Assembly (NCBI GenBank): GCA_013239625.1
Contig: MU053881.1
Span: 6,471,957 to 6,535,956 of the forward strand
Direction of reading: 5' to 3'
Source: Lama guanicoe
Lineage: Eukaryota
Length of the DNA stretch: 64,000 bases
Position numbers and translations under genes: made by a program. How positions within the stretch are numbered: the first letter of the stretch is position 1; each line of letters opens with the position of its first letter. Of this stretch, positions 37,313 to 50,395 are shown in pieces. The notes beneath the pieces are model-generated. The model was not told the origin of the DNA and did no database searches. It worked only from the letters and a program-made list of their open reading frames with translations.

Positions 37313-40300
37313 AGCTGGTCACTCTGGGGGAAAAGGAGAAGGACAGATTCTAATTCATAACCGTGCACCGCCATGCACAATGTACCTCTTTTCAAAGCGT
37401 GGACCAGTAAGTGAGGAGCTCTGCCTTTTCTTGTGTCTGGGCTCGTGTACAGGCTGCACCAGTCTTCCCCTGCTCTCAGGTGCTGCAGGGGACTTTTACC
37501 TTGGCCCAGCTAAAATGTTGGGCTCTGAAAGTTTGAGGCTAGTTTTTTTTTTTTAATGTACTTTATGTCTCATTAATTAGATTTTAAGAAAGAGTTACTT
37601 TCTTGTTACAATCAGTATTTTTTCAGTGCCTATAATATTAAAAAAAATTTGGTCCCAATTTCTGTGTCTTGCTATTTTGCTACTAAGAATCTAATTCAGC
37701 ATCTCCCAAAGTGTGTCCCAAAGGATATCCATGAGATCCTCTAATACATTTTATTCACAAAAAAGATATTATTGTCAAATACATTTGGGAAACACTGTGC
37801 ATTATGCTCCCTCTTAGATATTAATGATGTACATTATATATTAAAAGCTCTGAGAAGTCCTGCATCAGAGAAAGCCCTTTAATTTTATTCAATCTTGTAT
37901 CTTCCAAAATTAACTGACTAAAAATGCCTTTTTTCCGCAGATCATCTAGCCAAAGTGGTGTTTCAAGAACTTTGATAACAGTAGGTTGCATTTCCCTCAG
38001 CATTGCTATATGTAGGGCATCGGTCTAAGCAATGTATTTATTTTAATTCATTTTATATTGATAATAACCCAGGGAAGTATGGACTATTATAACCACTAAT
38101 TGACAGATGAGGCACAGAGAGGAGGATTAATTTGACTAAGATCACACAGCTAGTAAACCTCACAGCCAAGTCTCAAACCCAGGCATTCTGACTCCAGGGA
38201 GGGACACTTGGGGAAATTGCTCTAGTCTCCAGGGACAGAATTTGGTTCAATATTTCTAGTTTCAATGAATGTATTCATTCACTCAGAAAACATTCACTGG
38301 GCACTTTTTATGAGAATCACTCTGCTAGGCACTGTGGATACTCAGTGAATTAAAGCAGACAGAGTTCTTGCTCGTAGGAAGTGTAAATTTCATGGAATAA
38401 CAGATAGTAGCCAACGAATGTTTCAAATAGGTGTAAAATGACAGCTGCGATCACAGTTACGGGACTTTTAATGAAAGGCAAACACTGTTCTAGTCTAAGA
38501 AGTATGGAGACTTGAGCTGTTTAAAAAGAGAGGGAAATGAAATTAAGCCTAAAAGTATTTCTGTAAGGACCTAGCGCTATGGGTGACATTCGGTGAAAAC
38601 TCTCCTAAAGACTTGTTTTAGTTTTGCTTATCTGAAACCATGGGTTTTAACCTTTAATGTAAAACTTTATGTAGTGCCAGGCCTTGGTCAAGTTGTCATT
38701 TCCAAATCCTAAGTTCCCAGCAGCCTCATTCTCCTTCCCACTTCTCTGTCCAAATGTCTCCCATTCTTTATTCATCCCGAGGTGAATGTTTTAAGATGTT
38801 CTCTTTCCAAGGGGACAGCTATGTTTTCTCTTGGATTAAGCCATAAAGAAAAACACTGAAGATCTCATAGAGAGAGCGTCCTTGGTCAGGAGACCTGTTA
38901 AGAAGTGGTTTCCATTTCAGCTTGGCATGTAGCCAGCTGCTACTTTATTTTCAGTAATCCTATTTAGGATAACTTTTTTAAAAAAGAGTGTGAGCATGGT
39001 GGAAATGAGAGCTAAAATTTTATTATGTAAAAATAAGAAAGGATGGGCTGTGCATTTAGGATCTGACATATTAGTTAGGATATTAGAGTAAAATCCTAGA
39101 GACTCTAACATTACACTCTCAGCAGCATCAATTTCCTACTTAAAATGACAGGAGAAATCAAGTGGGTTCTATTTTGAGCTGTCGAACTAGACTCCAGTGT
39201 GAGCCGAGCCTGACCAACAGCGTCTGTTCTTGAAAGTAGAAGCCCAGAGCTCGATAGCCACTCTTTGTTTTTAAGTCTCTCTTAAATTAGTACGTGTAGA
39301 GCCGTTAGGTGCCAACAAAAACCAGTTAAACCAGGAACTGTAATTTAAAAAAAATTAATGTGTCTTTTATTTTTATACAGCAACCTAACAAAGTTCCAAT
39401 AAAATGTAGGTAACATTGATTGGGCATGCAACAATATGTGAGGTGTGGTGTTAAGTGTACCGTACACTTTGTGTCATTCAAGCATATAAGGATATTTTCC
39501 TGTTTTACAGAGAAGGGAATAGGTTCAAAGAGGTTAAGTGGGGTCACACAACTAACTAGAAACAGGCAGAGCCAGGGCTCAAACCCAAGTTGACTCAGGT
39601 CAAAGATCATAGCTGCTGAATTCTCAAGAGTACTGCTTAGATTTCTTCCAGGGTCAGTTTGCTTCATCTTATCACCCTGTGAGTTACTGGCTTTGGAGAT
39701 GGAAATTTCAATGGATTTTTCTAAGGAAGATGAAGGAGACATGTTCCCACTACTGTTTGCATTTGTTTCATTCTATAGTATCATCTAACTTGGATCCAGA
39801 TTCTGCGCTCTTCTGATAGCTCATTGTAAGAGGGAGGCAGTATGGTATAATGGATAAAGCATGGATCTTGAGATCAAATGGACCTTGGATTCAAACCTCA
39901 GCTCTGCCACTTACCAACAGTATAACATTGAGCCAGGCAATCTCATTGAATCTTTTTTTTTTAATCTGCAAAATGGGTTAACAGTATTTACCTCATAGTA
40001 TTATTGTCAGGATGAGAGACAGGGTACTTAGTATAAGATTGTTTCTTAATATTTACTGTCATTTACACACCATAGACTTCTGTCCTTTTATGTGACTCAT
40101 AACATCAAATCTATCTAAAATATCTGGGAAGAAGAGAAATGAGAAAAATAGATGGGAAAACCACTGATGGACTGCATTGTGGTGATTATTCTTAATGGTT
40201 TCCCCCAGAAAATTGAATAAAAGTTATTTTATGCCTATGTTCTGTTTGGAAAACATTATAAAACTTTGAGTAGACAACAGTGGTGATTGCACAGTGCTTA

Positions 40301-40513
40301 CCAAAGCACTGTATGCTTTTCTGATAAAGATATAACTTTATTGTCCTTTATGTACTTTCTTGGTTAATAAAGTAAGCAAATGGGAGATAATTTGAAATAC
40401 CTTTTCCACCATTTATAGTGTCAGAACATACAACCTACCTTTAAAAATGCAAAAGATTCATTGCAGTGGAAAGTGTTGCTTATACATACAAATGCAGTTT
40501 TTAAACAATTCAC

Positions 40514-40788
40514 CTGTGTAGTGATGAGAGGATTCATGATCTGAGATCGTTCGCCTTTGCAGAAATGAAGTAGGATTTTCTTGCTAACTGCATTCAAGGA
40601 ACAGCTAGCCAGGTCAGAGATGTGTTGTGTGGGCAGGATGCCAGCTTTTGTGATCTCTGCAGGGGCTTTCTGAAGGAAGTGGTGAAAAACTGGGCTCTAT
40701 ATGCTAAAAAATGACTTCTGGGGGTAGAACAGTCCTGACAATTTAAGAGAGCTCTTCAAGACATAGGCTATAGATAATACCATTAAAT
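40514..40788 (-). pseudogene. Candidate upstream exon: LMVLSIAYVLKSSLKLSGLFYPQKSFFSI*SPVFHHFLQKAPAEITKAGILPTQHISDLASCSLNAVSKKILLHFCKGERSQIMNPLITTQ
   Basis: AG acceptor before 40788 (alternative before 40767), CAG|GTGAAT donor; 2 nt + 91 codons with a single stop; non-repetitive sequence. Confidence 0.5.
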
Positions 40789-42885
40789 CTGAATACAGTT
40801 ATGGCTTTTTATAATAACACTGCAGTTGTTGTCATCTTGCCGCGCTGCTTCTGCACAGGCAGAGCGTGAAGCTGCGTGCACAGAATCATTTGCGGAGGTA
40901 ACAGAATCAGCAAAGGGAACACTGGGCTTAGAAGACATGGCTTCTAGTCCTGTCTGTGTCCTGTGTTTGATCTCAGATGCATCCTCTGCTGCCTTTGACC
41001 ATTACCTACTAGAATGTCTTACTAGCTGGTCGAATGTCATGATGTCCCAGCTACATCTCAAATCTGATTTTCAAGAGGTATGTAATATGTGCATAATCAT
41101 ATGCCAGATTAATTAGGACCCACTTCTATTACACATTTCCAAAACACTTTCACATTTATAATCTCATTTTTAACCCTATCACAAACCTGTGAGATAGGAA
41201 GGGCAAATATTTTTGTTCCACTTGATGTATTAGTAAATGTAGGCAAATAGTGATTAAGATAATGTCAGAATCCAGATCCCTTGACTTTCATTCCTGCTCT
41301 TCTATGCTAAATGAAACTACAGTAGTCTTTTGTGTTAAGTGTAAAAGAGTATGCAATTGGATTCTTTGTGGTAAAAAGATAAGTGGGTAAGTTATGCTAA
41401 GTTATTACAGGAGTAGATAAAACAAAGTTCTATTTCCCTTGTTGAGAATTTGCCTTTGACGCCCTCTGTGAAATGGATTAGAGTGTTTTGTTAGGATGTA
41501 AGAAATATACAAACCCAGAAAAGGTACATCTCATATTCTTTTAAATGGATAATTTCTCCTGGGACACCTTTACATTCTGGAAATTCACTTTATTATTACA
41601 TTCTAAGGTCCATGGCTTTAAATGCCACAGCATCTGAGCCTAACTTTTATTGGTGGTATTTGCTGTTATCACTTTCCGCTGTCATCCTCTCCCATTTCCT
41701 TTTTTTGTTCTATAGATATGGTTTGATTTATGAATGAGGGCTTTTTGATGCTTCAAGATACATTTTGGAGAATTGGTTCAATAACTTGTTATTGAAAAGC
41801 AAAATACATCAGGGACACATTTGCCTACTTTCCCTAAAAAGAAATCTCTTATCAAAATCAACTGTTCATTCATCAGTCATGACACACTTCTGTATGTAAT
41901 AAGGACATATCCACGTGTTTTGTTTATTAAATATGCCCCTAAAGTATTCGGCCTAAAAAGCCAGCTTCAAGACTACTTATAAAATTTGGAAATTAAACAA
42001 ATGTCTTAATTCATCAGACGATAAGCACAATGTAATTTGGGTTCTAACTAAACTTGCAAAAGGCCTGCTTTTGGTGCAGATGAAGGATAAGCTGGTGAGC
42101 CAGACTGAAAGAGGCCCTGAGAATGAGAAAGGAATCTGAACTTAGAGATACTCTTTTATGTTGCAACTTGGATAACCTCATACTTCTAAATTGAGTCTTC
42201 TCCTTTTGTCACTCTGAGAGTTCTTAATGAAACGCTGGGGTCATACCCCTAACCTCCTTGAGAGCTACCTATTCAGGCCGACTGCCCCTCCGACCCATTG
42301 CAGCCAAGTCTGGTTGCATGTAGTCTAGCTTTTTGCTTTCCTGTGAAGGTTTTTAGCTCATCTCTATGACTGTTCAGGTTTAGTGTTTCAAAAACCAGAA
42401 GTTGTCATGAAATCCTGCATCCCCACACACCTGCCTAACTCTTCAACCACCTGTCCGCATGTTTTCCGCTGGGTGCCTTTTGTTGTGTTGCAGCCATGTC
42501 AGAGATAAGAGCTACCCTGTTTCTTCTCGGCACTAATGTAGACAAGTGGGACAAAAGAAAAACTTTGCTTTCTGTCTGCTGTTATACATTATTCAAATTC
42601 AGTAATCATATTGATTTGGACTCTTCCCTTCCATGGGGCAAACACACTGTATTATTTTTTTTTTCCTAGAAAACATATCTTTAATGCAGCTGTTGTCTTT
42701 TCCACCAAGGCATTTGGCATCTGTCTTCCCATCTGACTTTACATCAAAAACATCTGGAGAGTTTTGAAAAATACAGGTCTCGAGTCTGCCGGTCTAGAGT
42801 GAGACTCTGGAATCTGTCACTTACTAAGCTCCACCAGTGAATCTTACGATCAGCCAGATTTGGGAGCCGCTCGTACAAAGCATGT

Positions 42886-43435
42886 GTGTCAGGAGTCCCT
42901 AAGACCACCCACAGGCTCAGTGATTCTCTAGGAGAAATCCCAGGACTCAGCATATACGGGTACTCATGGCTAAGATATATTACAGCAAATGATATAAAGA
43001 ACAATGAGCTAAGGGGAAAGGCACGTGGCATGAAGCCTGGAGGAAACCAGGCACAGGCTTCCAAGAGTCTTCTCCCTGGGTCCTCCCTAGGACATGCTCA
43101 ATTTTTCCAGTGTGGAATTGTGACAACATGTGTGGAATGCCAAGAAGCTCATTAGAGACTCAATGTCTAAGATTTTGGGGGGGGGGCTGGTCACATAGGC
43201 ACCCCCTGCTTAGCAAAATCCAAAATTCCAGACTTCCAGAAGAGAAGCAGGTGTTCCGTATAAACCACATTGTTTGCACAAATAGGTCAGGCTCAGTGAG
43301 CCACTCTTACCAATTAGGGAGTAATAGGAACTCTCCCCAAGTCTAAATTCCCCAGGTGCCAGCCAAGGGCCAACCTTGCAAAGAGACTATTTTAAGGATA
43401 GCATCAGGCCTGTTATGTTCACATTTTTCTACACA
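42886..43435 (-). mobile_element. ERV solo LTR (MER21-like)
   Basis: tgtgtcaggagtccctaagaccacccacaggctcagtgattctctagg...actcatggctaagat, the antisense of the MER21 3' end. Confidence 0.7.
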
Positions 43436-44196
43436 GTATGTTAACCAGTATGTTCTGTATTGGGTAGGAGGAGAAACTTCCAGAAGAAAATGGAGATGAA
43501 TGATGTGTGTGATGAAGTGTGAAATTCCTTGAGGACTGTACTAAAATTCATATCCTGACTTAAATAGGAAGCAGGCCATGAATGCAGGGTATGGACCCTT
43601 GACTCCAAGACCATTTAGCCCTTGACTCTAGTCTGGGCTTACTGAAGCAGAGATAACTGGCTTGTAGGTGCAGACATCCTCAAAGCTCATAGAGACATTA
43701 GATCCACATGCAGCTACTCACTCACTTTTTATGTCCTATTCATCTTTCCAGTTTTCTGATTTCTCTCATTTCTACAAAGGCACAGTTGAAAGTAATGAGA
43801 TTAGATGGTCAAAACCAATTTTACATCCAAGTCACTGAAAACTGTAGATCACGTGACTCCCTTCAGATCCCCCCAAAGAAACCACAATTTTGGAACTCAA
43901 CCTGTGGGCCACCAGGAATATTCTTAGGCATACATTCTTTGTTAGCAATACTTGGTATGACACTTTAATTTTCTGTGGCCAGAGGCATCTTCCTGTTTCT
44001 ACAGCCTCCCAAGATTACCTGGCAGAGTGGAGCCTTCTGCTTTCAGGCACGTGGATGGCAAAATCAAAGGGGCAAAAAGATGATTTACTCTCATGGGAAA
44101 TTTCCAGATGGGGCTAGGCATTTATCTGAGCATTTCGTTATTCAGCTGCATTTCATTATTTTACTTACACATCTTTCTTCAAAACAATTAGACTTT

Positions 44197-44296
44197 TTTT
44201 TGAAGGGTGGGGAGGTAATCAGGTTTATTTATTTATTTTTAGAGGAGGTCCTGGGTCTAAGCATGCGCTCTGCTACTTGAGCTATACCCTCCCCCC
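44197..44296 (-). mobile_element. tRNA-derived SINE, camelid Vic-1 type, internally deleted
   Basis: Minus strand reads GGGGAGGGTATAGCTCAAGTAGCAGAGCGCATGCTTAG...AAATAAATAAATAAACCTGATTACCTCCCC...A-tail; TAGACTTT direct repeats at 44189-44196 and 44297-44304. Confidence 0.8.
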
Positions 44297-46223
44297 TAGA
44301 CTTTCATTTAATTTTGTTTCTGTCTATTTACTTTTATTCAGTTCACTTATTCAGGTGAATAGTGGAACAGCTTGTTTCTTGTACAAAACCCTTCTTGAAC
44401 CTAATAATGACAGTCATTATCATTCAGCCTTGCTTTTCAAGTTGCAAAGCTCTTTCTTATTGGACCTGTTTTCCATGATTTTAATCACCTCTGCCATTTT
44501 CCTTTGACTCTTTTCCCATTTCTGTATATCCTTCTGAAAAGTGTGCTGGCCAAAATTGGACTCAATGTTTTTCAACCCAAATATGCTACAGCCTGATACA
44601 TATCTAAATTCTCTACAAAGACTTGCAAAAATATCTATATTGTATATTTTAAAAATTATTTTAAAAACATGAAATGTATTCAAATGTTTTCTTTTTCTTT
44701 AAAGTCATTGGTACAACACATGAGTTACCCTGACCCCATATTGGGGTTCAATTCCCTGTCTGTTAAGACTCAATTTTAAAAATACATATTAAGAAACAAG
44801 AATCTTTGGCAGTAAATATATTAGGAACTGATCAAAATTAACTGTGAGCAAGAACTGAGAACTGCTCTGTATGTGTAAGAGTAATACACAGCCCTGAAGA
44901 AGGGCCACACTTCGAGCCTGGTTGTCAGACTTCCCCTAACCACAGATTGTCACTGTACTTTCCTGGCACTGAAAGCCTCTACTGTACTTTTTCTCCTGAA
45001 AGCCTGTACTATATTTTTTCTCCTAATAGTACTCCTCTGTTGCCCACTTATTTTCAGCCTGTGGTCTACTGTAATCTCCAGCTCCTTTTTGGAATGCTCC
45101 TTTCTCCCTTTCTCCCTGTCTTTCATTTGAGATTAGCCCTCAGTTATTTACTTGTTATTGAATATATATATGCATAGCTTCCTTCCCATATAGAGAATAT
45201 CGATACTAATATTTAATATTGATATTCTTAATATCAGAATAATTAAAAATTACATTTCCGTGACGTAGGATATTCTCAATCCTACCTAGCTTCAGGTCTT
45301 TGGGAAATTTAATGAGGTTAGTCTTGATAATTTCACCCAAGAAATAAATATTTTGAGTAAATCAAGTCCTGGAACTGATCTGGGTAGGTAGGTAGACTAC
45401 ATGGGGCAGATCTAGAATATTACGAGTTTTTATTGAGAACTCTGATGTTGTAGCCTACATAAATTTCGAGCGATACAAAAACCTAAGACGTTTTTCCCCC
45501 AAAATGGATTCTCAAAACTGTAAAAGTATCATTCAACCAAAACAAAAGAGAATCCAAAACAATGAAGAAGACGTGGAAGGGAATCTGACATTTTCTGAGA
45601 AGTGGATCTTTCAATACCGCCAGGCCCGGCTGTTCAACTGCAAGGCGAGTGTTGTGATACCCTAGTGTCAAAGAAAGCTGCTGACTATGTCACCAGTGTT
45701 TGTCTTTCTCAGTGGGAAACAGTAGGGGTATGTGTTTGTGTGTCTGTGAATATATATGTGTACTTGTCTGGGGTGGGAGGAACACGAGGATGGAGGAGTG
45801 TGAGCCCACTGAGTTTGTCTTATGATGTATACCTTTCCCAAATGGGATCTTAAAACACATATTCTATAAATGGCCACTTGATTTCATGGGTGGCTAATAT
45901 GCTATCGTTATTTCACAGTTTTACATCTTTATAGCTTTTTAAAAAATTATAATGCTTGAATGGGATTTCATGGCAGATATTTCCTTTCAAAACTTTTTTA
46001 AAAGAATCACAAATTTGACTGAACCATACAGTCACATTCCACCTCTTTTAATTCTCCCTTTTCCCCTCTTTTAATTCTTCCATTCCCATCAAAAACATTT
46101 TGTTAAAAGCGCAGGTGATCAAACCCATAGAAACTGCATTGCGAGAAGAATCATAAAGGGAAAAAGCATGAGAGCCTATGGTACAGGGGATTATAGAAGA
46201 GAGATGATCTTCCAAAGCCATGG

Positions 46224-46261
46224 TTTATTTTGGAAATGAAGGGTAAATGCATGTATTTATT
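46224..46261 (-). terminator. GABRP: Probable GABRP polyadenylation signals (two AATAAA)
   Basis: tttatt on + at 46224-46229 and 46256-46261, about 1.45 kb after the stop, followed on the minus strand by T-rich sequence. Confidence 0.55.
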
Positions 46262-47467
46262 AGAAAAGGAAACTAAAGAATTAAAGATGGCAAGATTCTC
46301 TTAAAAGATTGAGCCTGAACCAAAATCATTTATCATGGCACACTCACAAATTGCCATTTATGGTGCTGTTGGCTGAGCTTGGCCGAGTGGCAGGGATGCA
46401 CATAAGGTGCTTCTTACATTAGATTGAGAGTGGCTGGACTTGGAAAAGACAGCTCACCTGCAGCCTGAATGTAGGTTCTGTAACAAGTCCCGTTGTTACT
46501 CGGAAAGCTCAGGACGCAGGACCAAGGACCAACATTCTTCTACTCATGCAGGATAAGCCACTGAAAGTAATCCAGCTGGAAAGATCAGGGATCTGAGCAC
46601 AGCCAAGCTGTCTTGTGATAAGCCACTTGTTTCTGGGTAATGCAGCTCACTGTCTAATAAGCATCATTCCTGATCATTAGCACATAGGGATAAAGGCTCC
46701 TTTTGGAAGGATGCAGGGGATCTGCTCCAGGCAAAATGTTGCTCAGTGTCAGAACAGCAGATAGAAATGGACTTGATTCTGTAAGGCTTTGTGACAACAG
46801 TCTATATTAAGACTCTTAGAATAAGTGGGGAAAAGAACGTCTTCCACTTCTTCCCATGATGTGGAGAAGGGGCTTCAGCATTGTTTAGGACTGGCTTGTG
46901 TATGAGAGTACAATGAAAAGATAAGTCAAATGGGGCAATAAAGTTCCGGAGCTCTCCCAGTTTGGGGAATCCATTATATCTTAGAAATAAGGATCTATGT
47001 TTGAGATTACTGATCCACTAAGTTTTTCTTCACTTACATTTGATTTTTCAATGGTAGGACTTATTAGAATACGGGAACAGTTCTGGTGTGGCATTAAATA
47101 TTGTATTAAAAACTCATCTTGGTATTTAGTGCAGTGACTTCCAGTGAATGATCTTAAGCCCACATTTCATTTTAATCAGAAACAAAAACTAGAAAATGTT
47201 ACTCCCTAAGTAGGCCACACTGTATTTTATCAGCACTGTAGAGATTTAGTAAGTAGCATGTATGATTAATGTAGAAACAACCTGACACTTGACTCAATAC
47301 ATGTAATGGCCCCCTTCTCATTTTTAATATGAGGTAAATGCAGACCAGGGAGCCACTGAGCAGTCAGCCTTGAGTAGGTTTGTAATATTGGACTCCATAG
47401 GATGTCTTTTGAAAGGATAAAAAAAGGAATGGGTTGAAGTTTCTATTACAAGACTCTATAATGCCTA

Positions 47468-47509
47468 GTTGACACAACATTGTAAACTGACTCTAACTCA
47501 ATAAAAAAA
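47468..47509 (+). mobile_element. 42-bp L1 3'-terminal insertion with 18-bp target-site duplication in the GABRP 3' UTR
   Basis: AAGACTCTATAATGCCTA at 47450-47467 and 47510-47527 flanks gttgacacaacattgtaaactgactctaactcaataaaaaaa, which matches the reverse complement of about 11865-11902. Confidence 0.93.
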
Positions 47510-47688
47510 AAGACTCTATAATGCCTAAATAATGGTTGGGAGTCCATTCTTTGAGGAGACATGCTTAAATGTTACTTTAGTCACTTGTAGCACTATTGGG
47601 TTAAGGTGAACGCTTGGCTTAGAATATCATTTACATCATTACCTTGTCCTGTTGAAGACCTATGGCATGCAGACAATTCGGCATACTC

Positions 47689-47991
47689 TCAAAAATACAT
47701 GTAGTATGCCCAGTAAAATACATTGGCTAGCATAAAAATCAAAGGAAATAGTAGTTTGGAATATCGATCAACGTTACTGGGGTTTTGAATTGTGAAATAA
47801 TCGACAATCCTGCCCATCTTATCTCGGAAGACAAACTTGAACTTGTCACTGGTTTTCATCGTCAAGTCACTGTAGTTGACGTCATTACCAGAAATTTCAA
47901 TGCTGGCAAAGCTGATCTTCCGCTTAAAGCTGGAGATGGAGCTATTGATGATGTTAGTAATGTTGACTTCTTCCACTTCCTTCGCCTTCCC
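47689..47991 (-). CDS. GABRP: GABRP last coding exon ([12 protein letters not shown]...[27 protein letters not shown]), M4
   Basis: aactAG acceptor, 303 nt to TGA. Exons 3-10 splice into one uninterrupted frame of 1270 nt. Confidence 0.97.
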   Translation of the reverse strand, partial: GKAKEVEEVNITNIINSSISSFKRKISFASIEISGNDVNYSDLTMKTSDKFKFVFRDKMGRIVDYFTIQNPSNVDRYSKLLFPLIFMLANVFYWAYYMYF

Positions 47992-48944
47992 CTAGTTCAT
48001 AAACAGGGAAGTTAGCTTGATAGACTTGACTCGGCAAAATAAATAAGTAGTATTTTTATACTTAAAGGCCTTAGTATTGAATAATTGGGTTTAATGGAGA
48101 GTGGTACTGAGTGCCTCATAAACTGACTGGTAAGCAAGACTTGGCAGTCCTGTTATCCTGCTTGTAAGCACCCGTCCCTAGGTCATCAGCTTGTGTAATG
48201 GGAAGAGTAACCATTGCCCACTCTAGATATGCAGAGCCTTGTGTTAAATGTTAATTGCTCGGGCTTCGAAGCCACCTGACCTGGGTTCAGATCCCATTCT
48301 GCCTCTCGCTGTTGTGAAATTTTAGTCACCTTAATCCCTTTAGAACTTGATTTCCTCTTCTGCAAAATGTTGATGATATTAATACTTACCTCTTGAGACT
48401 GATGGGAAGATTAAATAGTATAAGTTATGTAAAGCATTTAGTAGATGTTTGATGAATTCTCTCCTCTTCCAGGGAGGAGGGGGTAATTGATTACGAGAAT
48501 AAACAGAAATCAGCTACGTCTTAAGGTCTTTGTCACACAAACAGAAATTGTGACGCTCCTTGCAATTCCAGGGAGTTGCCATTCTCCACCATGGCTGGGA
48601 CAGCATAGCCTGTGGACTGGGAGGAAAGCTCAGCCGTGGAATGCAGAGGCGACCCAGTCCCAGGGCGGAGTCTGGGTCGGGCAGCAGCCGCCGTTGTTGA
48701 CACTTACTCAAGCAGCGCATCAGAAGCAGCCCAGGACTTTGATCGTGGCTGCTTTACCACAGCTCACCTCCCCCTCCATACACACAGAGATTCTACATTG
48801 GCTCTGCCTGCCCTGCGGTGTGGCTCCACAACTGGGTGGAGGTGGTGGAGGCTGGGGGAGTGATCGGTGGTGAGCAACAAAGGGGACTTGGACCCACGGC
48901 TCTGGCTGAGCAGAGCAAGGGTAACAGTTGCTGCTAACATCTTA

Positions 48945-50395
48945 TTCAACAGTAAAAGTCTGAAATCCTTTCCTCTAACACAGGAACAAGACAAGGATGC
49001 CCACTCTCACGACTTCTATTTAACATAGTATTGGAAATTGTAACCATGGCAATCAGATAAGAAGAAGAAATAAAAGGCATCCAAACTGGAAGGAAAGAAG
49101 GAAAACTGTCATTATTTGCAGATGGCATGATACTTATATATAAATCCTAAAGTCTCCACCAAAAAACTATTAAAACTAACGAATTCAGCAAAGTTACAGG
49201 ATACAATATTAATACAGAGAAATCTGTTGCTTTTCTATACACTAGTAATGAACTATCAGAAGGGGAAAGCAAAAACAATCCCACGTAAAATCTCATCAAA
49301 AAGAATAAAATACCTTGGAATAAATTTAACCAAGGAGGTGAAAGACTTATACTCTGAAAACTATAAAACGTTGATGAAGGACATCGAAGATGACGTAAAG
49401 AAATGGAAAGATAGCCCATGCTCTTGGATTGGAAGGATTAATATTGTTTAAATGTGTATACTACTCAAAGCAGTTGACAGGTTTAATACAATTTCTATCA
49501 AAATGCCCATATTTTTCACAGAACCGGAAAAAATAATCCTAAAATTTATTTGGAAAAAAGACCCCAAATTGCCAAAGCAATCTTGAGAAAAAAAGAACAT
49601 AGCTGGAGGTATCACCCTCCCTGAACTTTATACTGCAAAGCTACAGTAATCAAAACATCATGGTTCTGGCACAAAAACAGACACACAGATCAATGGAAAA
49701 GAATAGAGAGCCTAGGAATAAACCCATGAACCTATGATCCATTCATCTGTGACACAGGAGACCAGAGTATACAATGGAGACAAGACAGTTAGTTCCATAA
49801 GTGGTGCTGAAAAAGTGGACAGCTACATGTAAAAGAATGAAATTAGAACATTTCCTCATACCATGTACAAATGTAAACTCAAAATGGATTAAAGACCTAA
49901 ATGTAAGACCTGAAGCCCTAAAACTCCTAGAAGAGAACCTAGGCAGAACACTCTTTGACGTAAATCAGAGCAATATTTTTTTTGGATCAGTCTCCTAAGA
50001 CAAAAAGAAGCAAAAGCAAATAAACAAACAGGGCCTAATTAGACCTAAAAGTTTTTGCACAACAAAGGAAACCATCAATGAAATGAAAAGACAACCCACT
50101 GAAGGGGAGAAAATATTTGCAAATGATATGACCAACAGGGGGTTAATTCAAAAATATATAAATAGCTCATACAACTCAATATCAAAAAAGCAAACAAGCC
50201 AATCTGAGAAATGGGCAGAAGACCTGAATAGACATTTTTCCAAAGAAGACATCCAGATGACTAACAGGCACATGAAAAGATACTCAGCACATCTAATTAT
50301 TAGAAAAATACAAATCAAAACAACAGTAAAACATCACCTCACATCGACAGAATGGCTATCATCAAAAAATCTACAAGCAACAAATATTGAAAAGG
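48945..50395 (+). mobile_element. LINE-1 ORF2 fragment (reverse-transcriptase region onward) in the last GABRP intron
   Basis: GTRQGCPLS and LSLFADGMI (RT FADD-like) motifs, [44 protein letters not shown]. Confidence 0.93.

Noticed and set aside
44969..45022. 27-bp tandem duplication (CTGAAAGCCT.TACT.TA.TTTTTCTC x2)
   Set aside because: Only two degenerate copies with no spacers; an ordinary local slippage duplication, not an array.
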